Shown here piece by piece: positions 47,898 to 60,889 of a DNA stretch of 64,000 nt. The DNA is from Oopsacas minuta (Eukaryota > Animalia > Porifera). Position 1 is the stretch's first letter, and every line of letters starts with the position of its first letter. The notes under the pieces are model-generated. The model saw nothing but the letters and a program-made list of their open reading frames with translations. It searched no databases and was not told where the DNA came from. The DNA is taken from the NCBI GenBank assembly GCA_024704765.1, contig JAKMXF010000110.1, forward strand, positions 310,001-374,000. The letters run 5' to 3'. The position numbers and the translations under genes were made by a program.

Positions 47898-50800
47898 ATG
47901 ATGGCAAGTAGAGAGAGGAAGCAGAGTAATCGCTTGAGTCTCTCTCTCAGCCTACTCAGTCCTAAGAAGAAGTCTACCACACACAAGAAGTCCCTCTATA
48001 TCTCTAAACCATTAAACTCTTTTGGACCTTCTGGTGAGAGTCTAGGTATCCATTCAGATGATGTCATTCTACCATTACGTGTGTATTGTGAGATATTTGG
48101 CCCCTCTGTACATTACAAGTCAGTAGGAGTTAGTCATAGCACTACAGCACTGTTTGTTATACAGAATCTTATTGATAAGATGAATAGAGTTGATAGTAGG
48201 GAAGAGAGGGATTGTTCTTATACTGAATTCTGTCTGGTTGAAGTGAGTTGGAATTATTTCAATTTAATGTGTCTATTTGTTTTGCTTCTGTTTTATATCT
48301 ATGTCTTCTATTGGGTGTTATTTAACGTAATCACAAACGAGGCTTGTGGAAACGGGAAACATCTGTAAACTGAGTGAAAATAATACATTGAGCCAATTCT
48401 AGTCCCATATACAAATGAACCTCCATACACGGGGAATTTGGCAGGAGTGGGGTAACATTTTCAGCGTTCCTTACACCTCGTTTGTGGAAGTTACACTGTA
48501 TTTCATTTAGACAAGTGTCTTACCCGAATACTCCTACTTCCGTCTCCTTGATGATGCTACTACTCCTCTACATCTATACCAACAACACTCTAAACGGTAT
48601 GGAAATTCTGATACATGGAGACTCAAACTTATATTCAAATCACAACTCAAATCTACTGCTAATCTTATGCTACACATAAACAGAAGTTAGACTTAATTAT
48701 TTTTTCTTATTTCTACAATATTTATATTATTATGTTTAGTAGACCTCAGTATGATTGGTGTAGCTGTAGACTGTAACTGTTTAGAAGATACATTTCTATC
48801 TGTCTGCTTCCATTATCCTGCAACTACTACCTGTGATAAGATTATCAACAAGGTAAGTGATAATTATAATAATTTCCCTGAAACTTTATAGTTAATAACT
48901 ATGTGTATTATGTGTAGATTATTACAGAATTCGCTTACGACAGACAACCCGGTGACTTTTGCTTATATTCCCCTGATATATCCTCCACAACTAGTGGTGA
49001 GCTTCTACCTAGCTGAGAATGGTTGTATTACTCACTGTATTATCAACCTGCTTTTAGATCCTTTAGATAATGATATTTCTTTGGAAGTTATACAGAAACA
49101 GAGTAGGGCAGAGGTTATTGAGCTATCTTTAAGGTTATATACTACTATATTATGATAATAATTATGAAAAATATTGTATTCTGAATTAATATTCTGCTAT
49201 TAACAGAAACAGATATGATGACATTGTAGGTGAAAATGACCTGAATACTGAGGGAGCTGTTTATACCTCTGAATCATATAATAATCAACCTGAGCCTCAG
49301 TACAGGTATATATGCTACTTCTATTTATGGATTGATATATGTATATTGTTGTATTTGTAGTGAACAGTCCGATGAAACAGCTGATCCTTGGATTGAGCAT
49401 TATGACTCAGTAAAAGGGAAAATATATTATCTAAAGTTAGTTATGTTATTTCATAAGAAACCAAACCGTCTATGTGATATCTCTTATAATTGATTGAGGT
49501 TATTTCTCTTAACAATATCTCTCTTGTTCCTTTAGCTCCAAATCAGAGGAAATAATATGGGTACACCCTACTACACAGCAAGAGATGTATCTTGACTCAG
49601 GTAATTACCATTAATACTTCTTAGCGGGCATCAACCGTGTTCGTATTAACAAGGTACAACTGTATATTTGTTCATTATATCGAATTGTGTACATGCTACA
49701 TTTAAGTATAATATGTTTAGACATGCCTCCTGGTTGGGTAAGAGGAGTCCAGACGGACACAGGCCGAATCTACTATAAAAAGTGAGTTATATTATATATT
49801 TTCAAGTGTTTGTATATAATTATAATGTATGTATTGTGTTAGCACATTTGATAAGAAGATTGAGTGGTCACATCCATTAAGGCATCTACAGAGAATATAC
49901 AAGCACTCTCTTCAACCAATTGGTACTTCTCTCCCTAGACCAACTGCTCCACCTCTTCTACACAAGCCCCCTACCCGGTGTCCTCCTCCTGTTCCTAACT
50001 CAGCTCGTCCTACTTTAGCTCTCCCTCCTCTCTCTGGATTGGAGCACTTAATAAGAGAGGATCAGACTCAATCACTTAATTCTAGTCAACAGAACTTCTC
50101 TGATATGGAGAGAGCTAGTAGTGATGCTTTGTTAACAGAGTTCTTAGCTGTTCCTAGTAAACACAAGAATCATACTAAAAAGGTATTTACATTCCTTAAT
50201 TTGTTTTAAACTGACGTCTCGAATTCTTATCAAATATATCTTATAATACAGACAACTCCCGTAATATCTAAGCTCAAAGGACCGCAATAATTACTTTGTT
50301 ATAAGCGGAGTTCTATAATCTAAATAGCCGATGAAGTTTATGTTACTTTGACGGTTTGGACCATATTTGTACAATTTCAGAATTCGATATAACGGGGGTA
50401 GACTGTATCATATTTCTTTATAGAACAAGAGACTGAATAATTTAAGAAAGCTCCTGGTTAACGAAAAATACTCAGACGATTCTGATAACATATCCCTCGG
50501 ATCAGGACACAAAATAAAGTCATTCTTTACAACAAACAACAGTCGTAAGAAGAATACAGGCTCTACTCCTCCCCCTGATGTTGTAGTTAAGGTAACACCT
50601 AATCCTAGTCCTGCTGGAAGGAAGAAGTCTATCGTGTCTGCTACAGGCAGTGAGAAATCTTTTCTACTAAATGAACTCTCTTCTCTACCTCGTAACTTCT
50701 CAGCTAGTAAATCTAGACAAGGTAAGAACCTAATAGTTTGTTACATGTGTGAAATAGGTTGGAAACAGTTTCCATCAATGATTAGTTCTCCCTTTTTATC

Positions 50801-53800
50801 TAGAAAGAGATCAATTCTCTTCTAACCCAGAGAATACAGATACTATAATAGCTACACAAGATAACGTTACAGAGAAATACTTTGCTAGATCTATATCTGA
50901 TGTAGATCATTCTCAATCAGCTGGTTTAGCACTAGATGAAGCATTCTCATTATTAGATAATGATAAGAGTATAGGAGGTTATAATGGTAGAGGAAAAGTT
51001 GTAGAAGAAATATATGAGAATAAGGTAATTACTATTAGATGGATCATAATTTTGAATTTGTGTTTATCTAACACTGGGGCTTAACAAGGTGCTTTTCTCG
51101 CTGCGAGCACCTAAAAGTACCAAGTTCAACAGCCATGAAGGTCATATAGTACCGATCGTGAGGCTTAAATTAGTATAGAATCAATAGTCCGCCATCAGGT
51201 TCCCCAGGAGACCCCCTGGAAGAAAATGTGCTGGCCCAGGAATTCCTTGAAAAATCCTTAATCTAACAGTCATTAAAAGGTATTCGCTTAGCTGATTTAG
51301 ATTAATTGTTAATGAATATGCCATGAGTATGATTTTCTTATGCTACAAGCATTATGCCGCTATCCATTGCACCATTGAGGTATGAATGCATATAGAATGT
51401 ATTTTAACTGGGATAATTCCATTCAATTGGATTAGGCCGCATTTTATTCTTAGACATTTTTGTGTTTACTAATAAACACATGAGTTATGCATATAATAGC
51501 TCTAAATTAAAATAGAATATTTCCTCTTTTATTGAGGTCTTCCAATTCAACAATTTGGAATAGTTACAGGTTACAAACACAGGTTTGTGTGGTATAATTC
51601 TATTTTTTTCTAAAGTTTCCTTGTATGAACTACTACAATATGCCAATCAATACGTTATTAATATATTAAGATGGCATTCAAATTCTTCATTTTCATTTAG
51701 AACGCACTGTTGGATCAGAGTGAGAGAGATTCTATTAACGACTGTTTTGAGATTATAGATTCTAGTTTTGACGAGGGAAGTGGACAAGAAATGAATATTA
51801 CTACACAAGACTATAATATTATAGTTGGTGAGAATCAAGAGGTTTTTAATCCTGTTCGGGAAGATGATTCATCATTAAGAGTTTCTGAAACAAATGTAGC
51901 AACTAAGGTATTCATTAATTTATATGTGACTACTTTTTGTGAGATTAAGGTTGAGATAAGTCAAAAGGTTGTATTGGAAACTTTTAGTGAAAATGTATCT
52001 TCACACAGGCTAGAATTTCAAAGACATGAAGCGGAACAAATTCGCGTTTCGTCGCATGTAATTTATGATTGCTAATATATTTTATCTAAGTATTCATATT
52101 CTATTTCTTATCCTACCTTTGCGAACTCAATATCTAAATATGTAAACAAACAAACAAACATTCCATTTTTACTAATCTCCAATATTAGCATTCCCTATAA
52201 TGCCATGAAACCAGTTTCAGAATAGAAATGAATCTGAATTGAATTACATTTGTGTTGTATCCTATTCTTCCTTTCCATTCACACATGTTGATATATACAT
52301 ACACAGACATTTCTCTGCAAGACTAGTGTGAAACTTCGCTATGGGTACGGCATTCATAGGCATAGGATATAAGTATTACTTAACTATCCTGAGTACACAA
52401 ATATCATATTAGCCTTGTAGATAACTGCCTTCATTCCCAGTGTGTATAGCTATTGTGTATGTAATTATTTATATTTAGGTGTCATTATTTGAACAGAAAC
52501 TGAATGGAAATAAGTTAGAAGAAATGAACGCATTAGTTGGAGATAATACTAACCTTTCAAAACGCTCAGATACAAGAGATAGACCTGAGTCAATTTGTTC
52601 ATCTTCTGGGAGTTGCAAATCTGAGGATACTGAAGGTAGAAATAAGAATGCACTACGTACCAGGAAAGGAAGGATGTCTAGAAATACTAGTGCTCTAAAT
52701 CACCAAGAATTAGAGGAGTTGAATAAAGGCATTGAACCTCAAAAATCTTGCTTGAAACACAGTAATAGTCAAGTTGAGGATAATGTCACTAAGAAGGGGG
52801 TCACGTTCTTATCATCAGCTGTCCAGATGATTGAAATTGAGAGGAGAAGAGCCTCCGAATCTAATTTAGTAACGGATCTAGACACACAGACTATTATACA
52901 CAAGAGGAGCGTTGGTGATTGGAGGAATATGCTAAAAACATTCTATGATGAAGTAGATAAACAGGGTGAGAAGGGAGACTCTAGTAGTCTCGTGTGGTCA
53001 CCTGATGAAGGAATTGGACTGGTTGAGGAAGAGAGATTCATAAATGAGGCAAATAAGCTAACAGTAGATGAGCAGGAATTATTTAGTAAGTATACTAATT
53101 AGGTGAAAAATCTATAGAATAATTTCGAAGGATTTAATTTGCTTAATCAATGAATTTCCAAGTTTTACAACCATAAATAATAATTTCAAGCTATTATTTG
53201 TGAAAAAGACAGAAATTTTCAAATTTTGTATGATTTCTAACGTACGTAGCCTTGCATAGGTTTTTAGATGAAGAAATTTGTTTGGTATATTTTTATTATT
53301 TAATATCCATATATTTGAAATCTAATAATATCACAGATATTGAGTCAGATAAGACAGAAGAAGAAGTAATTAATTCTCTCAAAGAAAGTCTTATACCTAC
53401 AACACAATACTCTAGTTCTCCTCAAAGATTTATAGACTCAGTATCTCATGCCCCTGTGTTACCCCCTCGTCCTACTCCTGATGACCTCGCGACCTTTGTC
53501 ACATCTTCTCCTTCTATTCCCGACTCTACATCTGACAACAGCCTCCCTGTTACCCCAAAGCAAACACAGAGTGACGTCACACTTAATACTAGCCCTGTAT
53601 TAGATGATGATAAAGTTGATTTATTCAGTTTTTCGAAAGAAACAGCTACGACAGGTGATAATTCTAGAGTAACTGATTCTGGAATGTTCTCACTAGAAGT
53701 ATCAACTAATATAGAGGATTTATCTCCGAGACAACAAGATAATTCTCAGTCCCTTACTCAGCTAGTTTTTGACACATTATCTAGCACTTTAGCCGATACA

Positions 53801-54307
53801 GCTGTTCAGAGAGAACCATTTACTGATATCAAAACACAGCAAGATTTACCTATAATAAACGCAGGTGATGAACCTGTAATAGTCAGTAGTCTAGTTGAGC
53901 CTATTACTCCAAATGCTATGATACCCATGGATGTGTTTATGCCAAAAGAAAGACCCTCTCTTCAACGTGAACAACTCATACCCAGACCTCTACTGCAGCA
54001 ACAATATAATATTGATACATCTCTTCAAGATGACGTCACGTCTCCGATAGAGCACCCTCCCTCTCCTGTATCAACATCTCCTATTGGTCCCTCCAGACAA
54101 TTACAGGCCTTGCCAAATATCCGCTCAATCTCCCCAGTACTTGTAGACCAACTCAACAAGCCTCTAAGCGGGACCCCATTCATACACGGGTATCAATATC
54201 AACGTAAACCTGCAGACAAAACCGCTACCCTTCACTCTGGCTACTTAGCTCTTGTGAACCAACAAGGTGAACAAGAATCTAAACTGAAAATGAAACTAAT
54301 TAATTAA
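47898..54307 (+). CDS. Multi-exon scaffold: RA domain, second ubiquitin-like/RA-like domain, two WW domains, Pro-rich and long disordered tail with PP1-docking motifs
   Basis: Exon 47898-48242 plus 48511-48596 give LRVYC...YKSVGVSHSTTALFVIQNLIDK...FCLVE...FRLLDDATTPL (RA). Spliced WW1: ADPWIEHYDSVKGKIYYLNSKSEEIIWVHP. WW2: MPPGWVRGVQTDTGRIYYKNTFDKKIEWSHP. Downstream exons join in frame to the stop at 54307. Internal boundaries were read by eye. Confidence 0.7.
50249..50405. mobile_element. MITE family A, near full-length copy
   Basis: ta|CAGACAACTCCCGTAATATC ... GATATAACGGGGGTAGACTG|ta with the complete family core. Confidence 0.8.
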
Positions 54308-54570
54308 TTTCTATATTTCTCACATACTATTCATGTTCATGATAACATTACTTATAACTGTTTTTTCAGTTTGTTGTTCCTTAATTATAACATAACCCTT
54401 GTAAATTCCCCTTCTTGCAACGTTTCTACCGAGTATTTATAGATTAAATTATACTGAATTGTTCTCCTATATTGATCATACGGCTACATACGAGTATGGG
54501 TCTATAGACCTGTGCTGTGTGCCATGAGTATTTCATTCATTCTACTGATATCTTTATTAGCTGAGTAAGA

Positions 54571-57500
54571 ATGGCTACTACTACTACCTCAGCTGCTACT
54601 CAGGTACGAATAGGCTCCCGAGTGATAGTAAAAGACCGTAATGTCCGAGGAACTATCCGTTTCTCCGGCAACACCAATTTCTCAACCGGTAAATGGATAG
54701 GTGTAGAGCTAGATGAAGCTGTTGGTAAGAATAATGGCTCAGTGGCTGGTCGTATATATTTTCTATGTGATGACGATCACGGTATATTTGTAAGACAAAA
54801 TCAAATAGATGTGCTATCGGGCACAGATTCATGGAGTCCTTCTACTCCTACACTAGTACCAGAATCTCCTCCTAAAGAGGTAGATACACCCAGCAAGGTA
54901 CCTCCCGTTATTTCCTCTCTTACACCCAGGGAAAGGGCTAAGAGCTTGCTAGTTGCTCCTAAGGTATCATTAGGCAGTAAACCTTCTGTTAGTCCTGTGT
55001 CTAGTCCTAGACCTAAGAGGAGAGTTATTCCACCTAAAGTATCAGGTGTAGGACAGAGACAGTTAGATGCTGGTAAGAATACAAATTAGTGTATTTAATA
55101 AGATTCTTGTTTATTTATATACAGTCAACTCCTGTTTATATCTAACACGGATATATTGAAATACCCGCTTATGTCATAGTCATAAATTGTACAAATATGG
55201 TCCCAAAACGTCAAAATAATTTCACCCGGTTATATCGAAGTAATTATCGCAGTCCCTTGAGCTTATTTGATGTATTGATTTATACTGAAATTGAATCCGA
55301 AGAAATTTCCTGTAATACACGTATTTTAATTAAGTTATTACTCGCTGTGATCGCTACTTTTGAGAGGTTTAGAAGCTGTGTTATGGTCATGTCAACAGCC
55401 GTCTGTAAACTATTTATTCGGTAGCATTTCAGGAATATACTATGTACAATTATAACGTTATTATGCTAGGCAGCAAGCTAAAATCTGGGTTAGAAGAATC
55501 AACAGCTTATGAGAGTAGTATATCTCCTGTTATACAAATGGATGAAGATGTACCTGAACCATGGAGATCTGTTATTAGAGATCTTAATAGTAAGGTACAG
55601 ACTCTTAAATCTAAGAGACAGGATGATAGAATGAAGGTAAAGGAAGGAGAGAGGAATAAACTACAGGTATATGTTATGGAAAATTGAATATCTTAGATAG
55701 ATAAATGATAATAAGGTATGACTAGCGTTTTGTATATTTCACACTTTATATTGCATTCCTGTGTTGTCAGAGAAGAATCCTTCCTCCGTTTTCTCCAATG
55801 CAAATCTCTGCTCGTAACCAAGTACTGCCATTCATAGATTAGCATTGTTGGATTTGATACGTATTATACACAATCAAGTCCTTATAATAGTTATTTGATA
55901 CCTATTAAACACAATCAAATCCTTATAATGGTTATTTGATACGTATTATACACAATCAAGTTCTTATAATGGTTATTTCGTATTTACGAGGTTCCACTGT
56001 AATCTTGTATTAATATTAACAGGTACAACAGCTGATGGAGCAGAAGACACACTTATTAGAGCTTCAAGGTAGAATACAAGTAGAACTTAAGAACTCCCAG
56101 AAAGATACACGTACATTCCAGGAGCAGAGAGCTGCTCTACAGAAGAGATTACAGGAAGTTGGAGAGATGGTAGAACTAGCTACTGTAGATAAAGAGCTTG
56201 CTGAGGAGAGAGCTGAGTCACTGCAAGTTGAGCTCAGTGCTACCAGAGATAAAGTAGAAGAGTTGAGTCTTGATTTAGAGATACTTCAGGTTAGATACAT
56301 ATCTTATTTGTGTAACTCTTAAACCGAATCTCTCTTCCCTTTTATAGGAGGAGATAAGACAATCAGGTCCTGGTGTCCCAGTAGCGAGTGTAGCCATGAA
56401 ACAGATGGACCAACAGAACAACAGACTCAAAGAAGCACTGGTTAAGGTACGAGACCTATTAACTACGGAACAACATGGACACAAAGAGGCTCTGAAGGAA
56501 CTAGAAAAGGAGAGAGTTAATGCTGAGAATTTAATGAAAGAGAAAGACAATTATAAACATCAGTTAGAGGAGTGTGAAGAGACAATTGATTTGTTAAAAG
56601 AGCAGGTGGATTTGAATACTAGCTCAGAGAGGATGATAGAGATCTTATCTGATAGGAATCTGGAGTTCGAAGAGAGGATATTTACAATACAAGAGTCATT
56701 AGATGATATGGAAGCACTGAAAGAGGTGTGTCAGTGCCTTCATATCACTCATATAAACATCAAAGTCTTAAGTGTACAAATGTGTCTAAAACCAAAGTAT
56801 AACCATAATGGGAGTAACATAAATTTCATCGGTCTTATCGAACTCCGATTTTATCGAAGTAATTATTGCGGTCCTTTGAACTTCGATATAACAGGAGTTG
56901 ACTATCTCTTCGTGTTACGTATAGATTCATGACGAGTTAGAAGAGAATCAGTTAGCAATGGAGAGAGAGCTAAGAGAAGATCTAGATATAGAAATTAACA
57001 AAAAACATCAGACAGAAACAAGATTAGAACAAGCACAACTAACCATTGCCGATTATCAAGACACAGTAGAGAAGTTCAGGAATCTCGTTACGTCACTACA
57101 GAAGGATCTGGATGCTAGTCGTAAGGAGCAGGAGAGTGAGAGAAGTACTCGTGAACATTTGGTGTCTCAGTCTCAAGCTATGTTATCTCTCAATCTGTCT
57201 CTAAAGGCTTCTGTAACTAAAGGGCACTCTAAAGCTGTTGATCTGGAGTTACAAAAGCTAGATGCATTACAAGCTAGGAAACAAGTAATTTAGCCTATAC
57301 TTATAATATTACTATTTCTTATACTTACATTTTGATGTACTCTGAATCGTCCACAAAAGAGCATGGGAACTCGTTTGTGCAGGTTACACTGGTTCTTAGT
57401 TTTGTGATAGAATTGAGAATATATTATTATTTATTCCTTCCATTAGGTAGAACTACTACTCCAGTTCTTACCTAGTTCATTCTATATTGAAGGTGGAGAG

Positions 57501-60444
57501 CATGATTGTGTATCTCTATCTGTATTGTTATTGAGATTACAGTTTAAAGTACAGCTGCTGTTGGATCAATTGAGACAGCAAAATCAACTGGAAAAACATC
57601 TTGATAAGAGACTAGCTATTCTCCCTCAACAAGCTGAACAGGTAATAGAATAATACGCTATATTTCCTCCAATAAAATTATATCAAATTTATGATCAGTT
57701 ATTTTGAAATGTGTATGTATGTTCTTATTGATTATAACATATGGTTTGATCTTTAAGGTTGTGTACATATCCAAGCTGAGTCTACAAATCCACAAATTTG
57801 GTTTTCTGGTGAATAAACTAGTTAGACTCTTACAGAGCTGTGGAGCTGATAAGCTAACAGAGCTAGGAGCTAAAGTCCAGGATATATCAGTACATGAGAG
57901 GTGTATTGATGGGTTATTAGATTTGTATAAACAGGATCAGTTGGATAGTGCAGTCCAGCTTGATACTCTCAGTTAGTTAAACAGATAATCCTTATGTCAT
58001 TCATGTGCCGAAAGCATAGTAGAATTGCATACAATAAATTTCTGTTATAGCTAACACGGGTATATCGAACTCCCGCTCATATCGAGATGTTAAATTGTAC
58101 AAATATGGTCCCAAACCGTCAAAGTAACATATATTCCATCGGTTATATCAAAGGAATTATCGCGGTCTCTTAAGCTTCGATATAACCGGTCTAGTTATAT
58201 TATTTTGACGGTTTGTCGCCATATTTGTGCAATTTCAGACTTCGATTATAAATGGTTATTCCGAATTTTCGATATATCCGTGTTCGTATTAATTATATAA
58301 TCTATTCATTTAGATCGTGCCATCTCGCATTTACAAGTATTAACTACTGATATTAAGGAACTCCCAGTTGATTGTCACTGTGAGTTATCAGATATTTTAT
58401 CTCACATAAAACAGATAGAAGAGGCCAACATTATATTTCTATGTTGTCTAAAATCCTATGTACAACCTGACGGAGATTTCATATCTATGATGAAAGGCAT
58501 GGAGACTCTCTCTGTAGATTTTATGATATATTGTGGGAAACTTAGTAGAAAGATTCCTTTTGAGTCGAAGACAGTAGTAAAGTTCTTTGTATCTGAGGAA
58601 CTGATAACTAAATTGATGCAGTATATAGATGTGTTTTTGAAGTCGTATCAGGCTTTAGAGGTTTGTCATGTCTTTAGATTTACATTGATTAGTAATTGGG
58701 TTAATTTGTGACAATTTATCTATGTAGTCTGGCCTGAGTGATATACAGGAAGAAGCTCTATCAGTTGGAGAGACAGAGAGACTACGTGACTCACTAGCTC
58801 ATACTATATTCAATAAAGCTATGGAATAAAGTGTTAGGACCTAAAGACTCTGATAAATATATCTCTACCACTTATCAGGATGGAATTAATCTGTTTAAAG
58901 AAATGATAGAAGCACTTCAAGCAGGTGCGTATGATAAACTACCCCCTGGAGATAGACCACATAACCCGTTGATACAGCAAGCTACTGAAGTGAAAAGTTA
59001 TTTGTCAGATGCTGAGGGGCTAGGGGAGAGACTGGAAGAGAAAGAGAGGGAAATATTAGAAGTTAAGAAGAGCAATGCTATCAAGACACAGGAAATAAGA
59101 GATACGAATGTCAAGGTAATGTAAATTCAATGTTGCCAAATGATGTGCCCACAAAGTTCATGCCCTGTCCCTCTTGCCATAAGTCAAAGTTTCATCCAAT
59201 AAGTTCATAGTTGACAAAGTTCCTGCCAAATCCCACATATATTAAGATTGAATGTAATCCTTTGAACCTTGCATAATAGTTTATCTGTGCAATAAGATAG
59301 ATCAGAGTTGTGCAAGGTAAAACTATGCACACACCACATCCTCATGTTAAGAAATGAGTTACAGGTAATAATCATCACATCAATCATCAATATTATTAAG
59401 ATTTCATTATCCTTTTATACGATCATGTTTTTGCCTTTCAATATATATGGGTTACTAATAATTAGATGATGAAGGCCAGTTTATTCGTTTCTTAAATTTC
59501 TTCATGGTGTTTTAGTCTGTGCTCATTTTCTTGCCACAAATCGGCCGAAAATTTATCACAAATAACGAAATTATTTTGACTTTCGTTTTGATTCCTAGAT
59601 TGGAATGGTGGAAAGCAAGCTAGATAATTTGAAGAAGGAGTATACAGAAACTTTAAGTACAAAATCAGAAAAGATTTTAGTGATAGAACACGAATTGTTA
59701 GAATCAAAAGAGAACTTTGAACAAACTATAAAAGCTATGGAATCCGATTTGAACAATTATGAAATAGAAAATAAACAACTGAAACGCAGTTTAGAAGCAA
59801 ATAAGAGATCCAAGATATCAGATTCATACGGCACTCCCTTACATGATGTAGTTAGGAGGACTAGCTCACAGGTAGTAGATGATGAGTCTAATATGCTTGC
59901 GTTACATCAGAATAAAGTGTTAAAAACTGCACTTAATCATGTAACAGCTGAGAGTGCAGTGTTGAAACGTAGACTAATGAATGAACAATTGAGAGACCTA
60001 AAACCATTAGTCACTTGTTCAGCTGTTCCACAAGATGAAGAGAATCGGAGTGATTCTGAAAAGAGTCTTTATAAACAGTTCTCCAGGGTGAAACGCGAAA
60101 TTTGTCACCTCGAGGCTAGTCCGCAAGTTGTAGACTTAACCTCGGGGCTTAAAGGAATACAAGAATACTGCAAAAGTCAACTTGATAAGTCAATTAAGAA
60201 ATCACAGTTAAATAGACAATGCAATGATTTGAAACAGAAAATTTCTCTATTAGCAGCTAGTCAACATAGAGGAGCATTGATCGAGACTGGTACTTCTAGT
60301 TTTGTTGATGCTAGCTACGCCAAATCTATGGAATGTAGGAAAATAGGAGCTATCCATGTATCAAGTAGTGAGGGAATATCGCGAAATATAACAACTAAAG
60401 TAGATGCTGATATACTCCGGAAATTGTTATTCCTTACCTTTTGA
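54571..60444 (+). CDS. DCTN1: Dynactin subunit 1 (p150Glued), multi-exon
   Basis: N-terminal CAP-Gly (RIGSRV...GTIRFSGNTNFSTGKWIGVELDEAVGKNNGSV...GIFVRQNQI); CC1 segments VELATVDKELAEERAESLQVEL...VEELSLDLEIL, QNNRLKEALVKVRDL, LKEQVD...MIEILSDRNLEFEE, MERELREDLD; final exon 59599-60444. Confidence 0.95.
55122..55270. mobile_element. MITE family A copy in DCTN1 intron 1
   Basis: Left TIR ta|CAGTCAACTCCTG and reverse-oriented core aaattgtacaaatatggtcccaaaacgtcaaa; right end decayed. Confidence 0.65.
55852..55978. repeat. Intronic minisatellite, 3 x 41 bp
   Basis: Unit atttgatacgtattatacacaatcaagtccttataat(a/g)gtt repeated head to tail with few substitutions, in a DCTN1 intron. Confidence 0.85.
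58040..58290. mobile_element. Family A MITE fragments in opposite orientations in a DCTN1 intron
   Basis: aaattgtacaaatatggtcccaaaccgtcaaagtaac (reverse core) followed by tattttgacggtttgtcgccatatttgtgcaatttcagacttcg (forward core). Confidence 0.6.
59130..59240. repeat. Dispersed degenerate repeat (gttcatgcca-like subunits); second copy about 60645-60840
   Basis: tgccaaatgatgtgcccacaaagttcatgcc matches tgccagatgatgtgcctacacagttcatgcc downstream of DCTN1. Confidence 0.55.
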
Positions 60445-60889
60445 TATTATTTATAAGGTAAGATTATTATTATAACATTATTGTATGTGATTATGACGTC
60501 AGTCATTAGTAATATATTACAATAGTTATTTATTATTTATGTGAGAAACTGGAGTTTAGCTTTATTCAATCATGGCTAATTCAAGTTTCATAATACATAT
60601 TTGTAATATTTCTCCTACTGGAGTATCCTAAACGAATATCTATACAATGCCAGATGATGTGCCTACACAGTTCATGCCACAAACTTGAAAAGTAAATGCC
60701 ATCTTCTTGCCAAAACTAAAAGTTTATGCTCTCTCCATGCCATTTTCATGCTAAGTTCATGGTACATACCAAATTTATACCATAAGTCCCAAGTTAATCC
60801 CAAAAGATATAAGTTTGTTCTTGCCAAACTTTGTCATGAAGCACTGAATATACTCCTGGTCATTTTGAAATTATTTGTTGAATAGTTTT

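Noticed and set aside
55197-55424. 75-aa ORF inside DCTN1
   Set aside because: Intronic and derived from a family A MITE; similar MITE read-through explains the tail of ORF 56396-56932.
55852-55978. 41-bp repeats as a possible CRISPR array
   Set aside because: Units are contiguous with no unique spacers, the locus is a eukaryotic intron, and no cas genes are present; it is a minisatellite.
60875-60889. TTG/GTG-extended starts in the ORF track (also 8300, 42810, 52479, 53252)
   Set aside because: Eukaryotic locus; the real starts are downstream ATGs or splice acceptors.
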